Positions 53,651-64,000 of a stretch of DNA of 64,000 bases are shown piece by piece. A model generated the notes under the pieces. It was not told the DNA's origin. It saw only the letters and a program-made list of their open reading frames with translations, and ran no database searches. Every line of letters starts with the position of its first letter. Position 1 is the first letter of the stretch. The translations under genes and the position numbers were made by a program. Source of the DNA: Octopus sinensis (Eukaryota); NCBI RefSeq assembly GCF_006345805.1, contig NC_043008.1, forward strand, positions 22,444,001 through 22,508,000, read 5' to 3'.

Positions 53651-53697
53651 CGTGGGACTGGCCCAGTTTTAAGCTAGTTGGCTCTTCATCAGCCACA
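53651..53697 (-). ncRNA. Type-I hammerhead ribozyme motif (family G) with G12A substitution
   Basis: UGUGG-CUGAUGA-A-GAGC(CAACUA)GCUU-AAA-ACUG(GGC)CAGU-C-CCACG: stems I, II and III all pair, and the triplet is GUC. Confidence 0.6.
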
Positions 53698-53904
53698 TGC
53701 ACCTGTGCAATGGAGTGATAGCTAAGATATATATTGCCAGCAATATATTGTAATGAAAGTAACCAGCTTGCTATATATATATAATAGACTCTCCCATATA
53801 TATATATATATATGGGAGAGTCTATTATATATATATATATATATATATATCTTTGTATATATAATGAACTCTCCCAAAAGCTTACTCAATCCATCAAATT
53901 GACT

Positions 53905-54075
53905 TTACCTGTACAGACGAACAAGTATGCTACACATCAGATGTTGAAATGATTACAAAGCAATGTGAAATGAAGTGTTTTGCTCAAGAACACAATGCAC
54001 CCCCCAGTCAGAGATACGAACCCACAATCTGGCAATCGTGAGTGCAACACCCTAACCACTAGGCCACAGGCCTTC
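53905..54075 (-). mobile_element. SINE family 4
   Basis: tgaaatgaagtgttttgctcaagaacac..gagtgcaacaccctaaccactaggccac. Confidence 0.72.
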
Positions 54076-55171
54076 CACAATTATAATATATATATTATAT
54101 ATATATATATATATTATATATATAATATATATATATAAGTATATATATATTATATAATAAAATATATATATAATAGTATATCATATTACATATATGCACA
54201 CACCTTATATTTATCTTTGTTACTATTATATATATATATATAAAAATATCATTATTATTATTATTATCAGGGGCAAATCTAAATAATTGATAATAACAAT
54301 AACATCAGTGGCAGCAAGCAATATTAGCATTAAACAGCTATACCATAAATTCTTAATTATTATTAATTCTTAATTAGAGGGTACATGAAGCACCAGCTTG
54401 CTAAAGAGTGGAAGTAAAAAACTCCAACTTAACCACTAATCTTACAGAAAATATGTAACGGACCAAAATTCAAAATCATGATCCAGGTATATTTGTTAAC
54501 TTACCTTATTCTACGGCTTTTTAACTGAGAAAATATGTTAAAAGGCCGAGGCTATCAGAGGGGAAAAAAACGTTATTTTCGACATGGTTTCACATCGTAG
54601 GGGAAGTTGCTCAGTATTTTAAAATTTATTTTTAAAAGTTGTTCCTCTTGGATTGTCAGCAAATTGGTTCGTTTCACAACCATATTAATTTGTGTTTAAA
54701 ATGATAGAGTTTTTTTATGTTGTCTAGCGTGATTAAGATGTCCAATGTATTGGTAACTATTTGTCATTCATTGATGATATACTCCGCCAAAAATGTTGAG
54801 ATATATCAAAATGTAAAAGTGTGTGTTAGGTTTTGTATGCAAAGGACCAGTCAGGTGAATTGTAGCAAGTCATCCCACTGAAAATGGTACTTTCCAGTTA
54901 CAAAAGATAAACTTGTCTTGATGAATACATTTTAAAATACTGAGTTACTGTCCCTTAAGGCAAAACAATCATTTATTCTCAAATAATACTTTTCCTCTAA
55001 TAATCTCCTCATGCCAGAGGTCATTCATAAAATAAACCTGAAGATTGCCAAGAAGAAAGAAGATGGCTGCAGCTTGAACTGAGCTGGGCCACACTTCTTC
55101 CTCCAAGCATAAAGCTTGAAGCAATTTGTCACAAATAAGATACTTTATATATATATATATTAATATATATG

Positions 55172-55490
55172 TAAATTAGAAAAAACACACCTTTTATCAA
55201 TTCAATAATGAAAAATTAAATTATGCCATTTAGAAAAATTACCAAATATATACATTTTATTTATTATTTTGCACATTACTTACTCATTGTTATATGTTTT
55301 ATCTTATATTTAATCTTTCTATAATATGTAATTTTTCTAAATGGTATAAGTATAATTTTTTTCATTATGAATTGATAAAAGGTGTTTTTTTTCTAATTTA
55401 TATTATATATATTGTATTTTGTGAAATTTGATTTAGTGTTTCTAAATTGAATTTTTCCCTGTAAGTTTGGAATAATATTCCCTCCTATTA
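55172..55490 (-). mobile_element. Family F hairpin-plus-tail element
   Basis: caccttttatcaattc / gaattgataaaaggtg arms; tail ttttccctgtaagtttgg. Confidence 0.7.
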
Positions 55491-55529
55491 TTATTATCTA
55501 TCATATATATATATATATATATATATAAT

Positions 55530-55581
<52 letters not shown>

Positions 55582-55594
55582 TATATATAGTAAG

Positions 55595-55817
55595 TAAAAC
55601 ACAAAATGTGAAACAAGGCGGAAAAAAAGAGTACTCAAATACTAGTGGTAGTAGAGTAATATGCTTTATTTAAAGCAGCAGAAAATTCTACAAAGCCTGT
55701 TACTCTGAGTTTCGCGTTGCCGTTCATCGGACAGTTTCTAGCAAAAACTGTCCAATGAACGGCAACGTGAAACTCAGAGTAACAGGTTTTGTAGAATTTT
55801 CTGCTGCTTTAAATAAA

Positions 55818-55820
<3 letters not shown>
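55595..55820. ncRNA. Family C hairpin-plus-tail element with two inverted hammerhead motifs
   Basis: Minus 55697-55734: CUGU-CCGAUGA-ACG(GCAA)CGC-GAA-ACUCAGAGU-A-ACAG. Plus 55748-55785: CUGU-CCAAUGA-ACG(GCAA)CGU-GAA-ACUCAGAGU-A-ACAG. Confidence 0.65.
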
Positions 55821-55856
<36 letters not shown>

Positions 55857-56014
55857 TATATATATATATAATATACATACATATATACATACATATTATA
55901 TATAATATATACATACATATATACATACATATATATAACATACATATACATACATATATATATAATTATACATACATATATACATACATATATATATAGA
56001 TATTAAATACATAT

Positions 56015-56047
<33 letters not shown>

Positions 56048-56169
56048 ATATACATATTATATATATATATACGTATATATATATATATATATGCATATAT
56101 ATATAAGGGCCTCTCATAGACAACAGATGAGAATTCTGCAATTTCTGGCCAACAACCTGCATAGATAAT

Positions 56170-56410
56170 TTGTTTGTAGTAATCAAATATTTGTGTGTGT
56201 TGTACATTAGCTCACTCCCTCCAGCCGTCGAATGGACATTGCTTGTACCGGTGCACAAATGTGCTACATGTTTAGATGTCAAAGCGATTGAAGAGCAACA
56301 TGAAGGAATGAAGTGTCTTGCTCAAGAACACAATGCATTGCCTCAATGCAGGAAATGAAACCACAACCTTGTGACTGCAAAGTGCAAAAACCTAACCATT
56401 AGGCCATGCA
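56170..56410 (-). mobile_element. SINE family 4, degenerate
   Basis: gaatgaagtgtcttgctcaagaacac..cctaaccattaggcc. Confidence 0.6.
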
Positions 56411-56419
56411 CATATTCAT

Positions 56420-56824
56420 CTTTATTAATTATTTTGTTTTATATATATATATGCATGTATATATGTATAAACATGGAATTTATGGACGTGGATTTTTAGG
56501 GGTCAGTGAAGTTAAAAAAATAAGACATTTGTTCAGTTTCAGGAACATTTTTTTATCTTTTTTTCCATTTTTGTTTAGTATTTCATTTTATTCCTTTTTT
56601 TTTTTTTCTGATTTTCTCGGCATTTTTTAATTCTGTGGATTAAAATAAAAAGTATCTCTTTGTTTGTTTTGTTTTTGTTTTGTTGGGTTTTTTTTTTTTT
56701 TGTTCATTTACTCATTTTTGGAATATAGGGAAGTTTTGATTTTTTTTTTTTTTTGGTTTTTACTTAGAATATAAAAAAAAAAAATAACATAACAAAAAAA
56801 AAATGAAACAGATTAAAAAATATC
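56420..56824 (-). other. Probable PI3K 3' UTR with candidate polyadenylation signals
   Basis: A/U-run-rich sequence after the stop. AATAAA on the minus strand at about 56587-56592 and 56421-56426. The true transcript end is unknown. Confidence 0.4.
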
Positions 56825-57092
56825 TTAAGTATTGTCAACATTTCGCGAGTGGAACCACCAATTCAATTCAGTCGTCCAGCATTTATTTTGAGCTTCTTTT
56901 AGTTTGGCACGAAATTGCTGAGATGCTTCTTGATCGGATGCACCAAGCGCCAAGGCTTTCCGCAAATATTCGACGTCTTTGTCAGAGGAAAGTTCGGGCA
57001 AGCCTGATTGCAGCATCAAATTAAACAGTGTAATCAAAACGTGACTCCTACGACGAAGAATCATATAGGCTAATTGGCAATTCTCTTCAAAC
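56825..57092 (-). CDS. PIK3CA/B-like: Class I PI3K catalytic subunit, last coding exon
   Basis: ttcttgtcttcacag| acceptor. Reads (K)FEENCQLAYMILRRRSHVLITLFNLMLQSGLPELSSDKDVEYLRKALALGASDQEASQQFRAKLKEAQNKCWTTELNWWFHSRNVDNT with TAA stop; matches the p110 C-terminus (GLPEL, WTT..NW..H). Confidence 0.96.
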
Positions 57093-57204
57093 CTGTGAAG
57101 ACAAGAAGAAGAAGAAGAATTTTAGGATGAATGTTTTAGCAGTTTGAATAATGATTTCTTGTCACAAATGGCATATGGAATAAAATGAATAACAAAGAGG
57201 AGAA

Positions 57205-57672
57205 TCTTTTTGAAGAGAGAAGGGAGGGGAGTAATAGAGAGAGGAGGAAAGAGCAAGAGGGGTAGGAGAGAGGGGGAAGCCAGATGGGGGAGAGAGAGGA
57301 AGTAGGAAACAAAGGAGAGTAGGAGAGAGGAAGGAGTAGGAGAGAGGGGGAAGCCAGATGGGGAGAGAGGGGAAGTAGGAAACAAAGGGGAGTAGGAGAG
57401 AGGGGGAAGCCAGATGGGGGAGGAGGGGAGGAAGAGGGAAGTAGGAAACAAAGGGGAGTAGGAGAGAGGGAGGAGTAGGCGAGAGAGGATAGTAGGAGAT
57501 AGGGAGTAAGAGAGAGGAGTAGGTGAGAAAGAAGACAAAAGAAAAGGTGGAAGCAGAGAAGAATAGAAGGAAGAGAGACAAAGTAACAAAGAGAAAGAGA
57601 GAGAGAGACAAAGAGATAGAGAGGAAGACAGAGTAATAAATAGAAAGAGAGACAAAGTGATAGAGATATATG

Positions 57673-57705
<33 letters not shown>

Positions 57706-57715
57706 TAAGCCACAT
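57205..57715. repeat. Purine-rich compound tandem repeat in the last PI3K intron
   Basis: ggggaagccagatggggg..gaagtaggaaacaaagg unit about 3 times, followed by (GA)-rich sequence. Confidence 0.9.
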
Positions 57716-57744
57716 AAATGAGAAACAGCAGCAACAACAGTGGA

Positions 57745-57950
57745 GACACAATGGCCAAATGGTTAGGGCAGCGGAGCTCGCGGTTGGAGGATCGCGGTTT
57801 CGATTCCCAGACTGGGCGTTGTGTGTGTTTATTGAGTGAAAACACCTAAAACTCCACGAGGCTCAAGCAAGGGGTGGTGACGACCCCTGTTGTACTCTTT
57901 CGCCCCAACTTTCTCTCACTCTTTCTTCCTGTTTCTCGTCCTCCCCGAGT
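57745..57950 (+). mobile_element. SINE family 3
   Basis: gacacaatggcc..ggttagggcagcgg..gtttattgagtgaaaacacctaaaactccacgagg. Confidence 0.75.
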
Positions 57951-58294
57951 TCCTACGCAACCGCTGAGCCTGGATGCGCATTCATCCTTCCGTCGATGCT
58001 CTCGGTGTCGGGGGTTTGATCTGCTTTCTTTTCTGTGGGTCTCACGAATAGCAAAGGACCACATTTCGGAATTTCTCCCACAAGGATGAAGACCGCTACA
58101 CTCAACAGCAACAGCAGCAAGAACACTGGTGGTGGTAGCAGTAGCAGCAGCCTCAGCAGCAGTAGCTGATGATGAAGATTTTGTTAATATCATTTAGCAG
58201 AGATTCACACCTGATCAAACAACCATATGATCAGATGTGTTTCCAACAATGCCCATCCTGTTCAAACCAATTTTCAGGCATGAAATCAAGGACT

Positions 58295-58700
58295 TTCTTC
58301 TGTCGCTATGTTCTGTGTTCAAATTCCGCCGAGATCGACTTTGCCTTTCATCCTTTCGTGATCGATAAATTAAGTACCAGTTACGCACTGGGGTCGATGT
58401 AATCAACTTAATACCTATGTCTGTCCTTATTTGTCCCCTCTATGTTTAACCCCTTTTGGGTAATAAAGAAATAGGTATTTCGTCTGCCATTACGTTCTGA
58501 GTTCAAATTCCGCCGAGGTCGACTTTGCCTTTCATCCTTTCGTGTCGATAAATTAAGTACAGTTCGCACTGGGTCGTGTAATCACTTACTAACCTATGTC
58601 TGTCCTTATTTGTCCCCTCTATGTTTAACCCCTTTTGGGTAATAAAGAAATAGGTACTGGCAACAACCTTGCTCGAATCTTTTTACACATGCCACTGGCC
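58295..58700 (+). repeat. Inverted duplicate of 59005-59232 (SINE 2 body plus RTE flank), body doubled
   Basis: Junction aaagaaataggtactggcaacaaccttgctcgaatctttttacacatgccactggc is the reverse complement of 59007-59062. Confidence 0.85.
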
Positions 58701-58869
58701 TCCGTCTTTGATATTAACAAAATGCCTCCGTCTTTGTGTTTTTCCTCTCTTTTTCTTAAGAGGGACATTTAACTACTGTTTTTAACAACTGCTTCGAAGC
58801 AGCTTCATTGACTACTTCATTGATGTTGTTGTTATTATTATTGTTGCTTAATCAGTCAAATGTTTTAAA

Positions 58870-59520
58870 GTTATTTTTCTTAGGGTGCCAAGAGCACCAT
58901 CCGAGCTTGATTGTCGCCAGAGCGGCTAACTGGCTTCCGTGCTGGTGGCACGTAAAAGGCACCATTCGAGCGTGATCGTTACCAGCGTCGCCTTACTGGC
59001 ACCTGTGCCAGTGGCATGTGTAAAAAGATTCGAACAAGGTTGTTGCCAGTACCTATTTCTTTATTACCCACAAGGAGCTAAACATAGAGGGGACAAATAA
59101 GGACAGACATAGGTATTAAGTTGATTACATCGACCCCAGTGCGTAACTAGTACTTAATTTATCGACCCCGAAAGGATGAAAGGCAAAGTCGACCTCGGCG
59201 GAATTTGAACACAGAACGTAGTGACAGAAGAAATACGGCTACGCATTTCGCCCGGCGTGCTAACGTTTCTGCCAGCTCGCCGCTTTAGTACTGGTTGTTG
59301 CCAGTTACTGCCTGACTGGCCCCTGTGCCGGTGGCACATAAAAAGCACCCACTACACTCTCGGAGTGGTTGGCATTAGGAAGGGCATCCAGCTGTAGAAA
59401 CTCTGCCAGATCAAGATTGGAGCCTGGTGCAGCCATCTAGTTCGCCAGCCCTCAGTCAAAATCGTCCAACCCATGCTAGCATGGAAAGCGGACGTTAAAC
59501 AATGATGATGATGATAATAA
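58870..59520 (+). mobile_element. RTE 3' UTR/tail carrying a minus-strand SINE 2 insertion (59052-59290)
   Basis: Matches 29260-29680; TSD ggttgttgccagt on both sides of the SINE; (GAT)n tail. Confidence 0.85.
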
Positions 59521-60162
59521 TATTCATCTTTCAAGACCCATGACATTCTTATTATATGCACCATAGTTCCCTCTTTTAGGCAGAATTTTATGGCTGAATG
59601 CCCTTCCTTAGTATTGCAAATCTTTTTAGTCACCTCTTAACCCATTAAACCAAGGTAGCCTTTGACCCTTAATCATTCAGATTACTTTCTCAAATATAAC
59701 TACTAGTGTAGCTACAGTGTGTGCTGTCCAGGGCAGCCCTTCCATTTGCCACCCCTGGACCCCACAAAAAACATGTTGCCTACAGCAGACCCAAAAGTGG
59801 TGCCCCTTTAAAAGTTCTACCCCTACTTCCCACACCCCCACCAGCAGCTACACTAATGAATGTAACACGTGCTGATTCACAGAGTTTTGAATTAATCATG
59901 CATTATATCATAGATTTGAATTTTCAATGATGTGATTGTTTATAAATACAAGGTTATTTTACCAGTTCAAATATTCTTGGGACAAATTTGAACCCATAAA
60001 GAACCCGTAAGGAAGCCATTTACTGACAAATGGTCAACAACAAGAAATTTTCTTCATAACTTAAACACAGTGACTGGCAGTGACTGACTTTCTTCTGGGT
60101 TCAAATATGCTTGGGGAATATTTTTGAACTAACAATAATGTTGTATTTATACACAACACTGC

Positions 60163-60672
60163 TTAACCCTTTCATTACCAACCCGGCTGAAACCGGCTCT
60201 GGCCCTGAGTACAAATGTCTTGTCTTCATAAGTTTTCAATTAAAATCTTCCACCAAACAATTTATGTTCCTAACACTAGCTTAATGATAACTAGGTTATT
60301 TTACCAAATTCTTTGTTATATTTCAAGTAATTGGAAGAAACACAGAGCATCTCAACAGAAATACACTAACAAAAGGGTTAAAGTGATCTAAGTTAAAAAC
60401 CTTCCTTCAAAATTTTAGGTTAATTTATATTACAAACACTGCTCAACCCTTTAGATACCAACCCGGCTGAAACCGCCTCTGGCTCTGCATTACAAATGTC
60501 TTGTTTTCATAAGTTTTGAATTAAAATCTTCCACCAAACCTTAGTCACAATTTATGTTCCTACACACTAGCTGAATGATAACTAAGTTATTTTACTAAAT
60601 TCTTTGTTATATTTAAAGTAATTGAAAGAAACAGAGAGCATCTCAAAATAAATACAGTAACGAAAGGGTTAA
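60163..60672. mobile_element. Two tandem TTAA-flanked MITEs (piggyBac-like ends)
   Basis: TTAA-CCCTTT..AAAGGG-TTAA at 60163-60381 and TCAA-CCCTTT..AAAGGG-TTAA at 60443-60672; period 280 bp. Confidence 0.8.
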
Positions 60673-60974
60673 TGCTACTACCCTGTTATTGTTTATGCTT
60701 TGAATGACCCTGTCAGGTAAGTGTGAAAAGCCAGATCTGGTCAGTTTTAACATAGAATGGGTAGAATATTTTAGGCTGAACATGGCCAGTTGAAAAGCTG
60801 AAAGGAATATGGTTTACCTATTGTAAAACCAAAATAACATGTACAATATTGCTAATCTAACAAAGCTACCACAGTAAGAGTTGTGCTGCATCTATTTCTC
60901 ATGCTGCCATGCTGGAGAAGAGAAAAAAATATACAAGCAGACAAACAGACATGCCCACATGATATAGAAAGAAA

Positions 60975-60975
60975 C

Positions 60976-61008
<33 letters not shown>

Positions 61009-61700
61009 GTTCAACGTCCGTTTTCCGCGCTAGCATGGGTTGGACGGTTCGACCGGGGATCTGGGAAGCCAGAAGGCTGCACCAGGCTCCAGTCTGATCT
61101 GGCACTGTTTCTACAGCTGGACGCCCTTCCTAACGCCAACCACTCCGTGAGTGTAGTGGGTGCTTTTTACGTGCCACCTGCACAGGTGCCAGGCGTGGCT
61201 GGCAACGGCCACGATCGGATTGGTGTATTTTACGTACCACCGGCACGGAAGCCAGTCTAGGCAGCGCTGGCATCGGCCACGTTCAGATGGTGCTTTTTAC
61301 GTGCCACCAGCACAGGGATCACAACTGCAGTTTCCATTGATTTTGATGTTGGTGTAGTTGACTCAATGGATCTCCTCAAGCACAGGGTCGAAATGGTGTT
61401 TCTTCACTTGCCACCTGCACAGGAGTCAGTCCAGCAGTCCTGGCAACTGCCGGGTGCCAGTCATAGGATTGGCTCAATTTCAATTCCGATTTCACTTGCC
61501 CCAACAGGTCTTCGGAAGCAGAGTTTAGTGTCCAATGAAGGGAGGTTGGCATGGGTGCCTGTCGTCGGATGAGTTTTGATTTCGACTTCGCTTGCCTCAA
61601 CAGGTCTTTGTGTGTCCAAGGGAGGAAAGGCATGCATAAGTGGGCTGGACTCACTTGTCCTGCCGGGTCTTCTCACGCACAGCATATTTCCAAAGGTCTC
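60975..61700 (-). mobile_element. RTE 3' UTR/tail
   Basis: (CAT)n followed by cgttcaacgtccgttttccgcgctagcatgggttggacg; reverse of the RTE tail. Confidence 0.85.
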
Positions 61701-61757
61701 TAAACTTGTTCATGAAAACTAATAGAAACCAAAAAAAGAAAAAGAAAACGTTACTTA

Positions 61758-62033
<276 letters not shown>

Positions 62034-62151
62034 TCATGGGTTCCGGAAGCATCTCCTGTCATTCATAGGGTCACTGTGAATTGATTAAAATCCATATGTG
62101 TTAACCATTGGATCATTAAGACATAACTGTCACATTCATTATATATATCAA

Positions 62152-62943
62152 CTAGCAGTATCGCCCGGCGTTGCTCGGGTTTGTAGGGGAAATATCTATA
62201 TAAGCATTTTTAGAGATGTAAAGTATAATAGCCATCTCAATATGGCTAACCATAAAGGGGGGGTGTTACTGTAGCTTTTTACGTTCTGAGATTTAATAAT
62301 ACATTTTTAGAGAGTTACTTCCCTTATATAATAGCAAAAAAATGCATTAAAAATGGGAAAAAATGATGGTAAATTTTTTTTTAATCGCAGACTCATCGTA
62401 GACGCGCGCTAATACCCAGAAGGGTTCGATATGAATCACGACTATAAGATACCCGCTTTTGGTTAAACTGCACCGCAAAATGTGGGAGTAATTAGGAATC
62501 TAAATCATAGGAGACAGACACACAACTTCACTTTTATATATAAAGACTAGCAGTATCGCCCGGCGTTGCTCGGGTTTGTAAGGGAAATAACTATATAAGC
62601 ATTTTTAGAGAGTTATAGCCAAAAAGTAGCAGAAAATGCATTAAAAATGGAAAAAAAATTATGGTAAATTTTTTTTTAAATCGTTGACTCATCGTAGACA
62701 TTTTTAGAGAGTTACTTCCCTTATGTAATAGCGAGAAAAATGCATTAAAATGGGAAAAAAATTATGGTAAATTTTTTTAAATCGTAAACTCATCGTAGAC
62801 GCGCGCTAATACCCAGAAGGGCTCGATATGAATCACGACTATAAGATACCCGCTTTTGGTTAAACTGCACTACAAAATGTAGGAGTAGTTAGGAATCTAA
62901 ATCATAGGAGACAGACATACAACTTCACTTTTATATATAAAGA
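62152..62943 (-). mobile_element. Head-to-tail dimer of the Helitron-like element
   Basis: Copies at 62152-62546 and 62547-62943; minus-strand structure A|TC..CTAG|TC..CTAG|T. Confidence 0.88.
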
Positions 62944-63389
62944 TTAGCAGGTATGGGTGTACGGTTAAGACATTTGTATGACAACTTAGAGAGTGAGACA
63001 AGTCCTCATAAATTCAAAATTATCTGGGCTATTGTAGATAGTGTACATGGAAAACAGGCATTAAATGATGATGGTAAGGATGATGACACATGCAGACACA
63101 CACACAATGGGCTTCTTGCAGACTCTTTCTCCAAAATCTATTCACAAAGCTTTGCTTGGTCTAGGACCTTAGTAGAAAACATTTACCACTCAAAATGCCC
63201 TGCATGTGGTTTTGGAACTGAACTTGAAATTAAATGGTTTATGGTTCAGAAGCAAACTTGTTAACCACACAGTGCCATACCACCCCAAATATAAGACAAT
63301 CAAAAGGAAAAAAAGAATTTGGGACCACTACCAAAGGGATCACACTCGTGCTCAGAACTTTTGAAACAATTCTTCATAGACATTGATTA

Positions 63390-63593
<204 letters not shown>

Positions 63594-64000
63594 TTAGAAA
63601 ACAATAATTACAATAATAACATAAAGAAAAAAGTGACAATGGACAGGGAATGATCTAATATTCCTGGTCTGCATTTGAACAGCAAAGGTCCCTAAGTTTG
63701 GTGGCTTTTCCACCAGTGTCTAAAACAATGGAACCACTTAGTTTCAAGGATGCAAACAAACCAATCAGTGGGGTTCATGACCTACTTTTGGCTTGACCAG
63801 AATCATGCTCTTATAAACCTGCCCCCGTATCACATTCTGCTAATAGGAGTAGGAACTGGCAGAATGCAAATAATGACACAGGCAGACAATCTGTGATACC
63901 TTCTTCCCCTTACCCGCAACCCATATATTCTGGTTGCATAACCCTCAGTGAGGTCAATAATAACCCGCAGTTTAATATGCCTAATATATCAAATAACAAT

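Overview
This is AT-rich eukaryotic DNA saturated with microsatellites and mobile elements. The repeat families and the (TA)n/(TAGA)n/(TATG)n profile suggest a coleoid cephalopod such as Octopus; that assignment is inference. The only host gene I can support is the 3' end of a class I PI3K p110 catalytic subunit on the minus strand: three spliced exons at 63405-63522, 61759-61901 and 56825-57092, with DRH and DFG motifs intact. The remaining sequence holds Tc1/mariner, piggyBac, RTE LINE, Neptune-type Penelope and Helitron-like remnants, MITEs/foldbacks and four tRNA-headed SINE families. The most notable signal is about 15 copies, in at least 5 sequence families, of short microsatellite-flanked elements carrying minimal type-I hammerhead-ribozyme folds, often as inverted pairs and with family-wide non-canonical cores. 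They occur alongside decayed Penelope GIY-YIG remnants, which suggests a non-autonomous Penelope/retrozyme-like system. TE and SINE boundaries were read by eye and are approximate unless TSD/TIR positions are stated.
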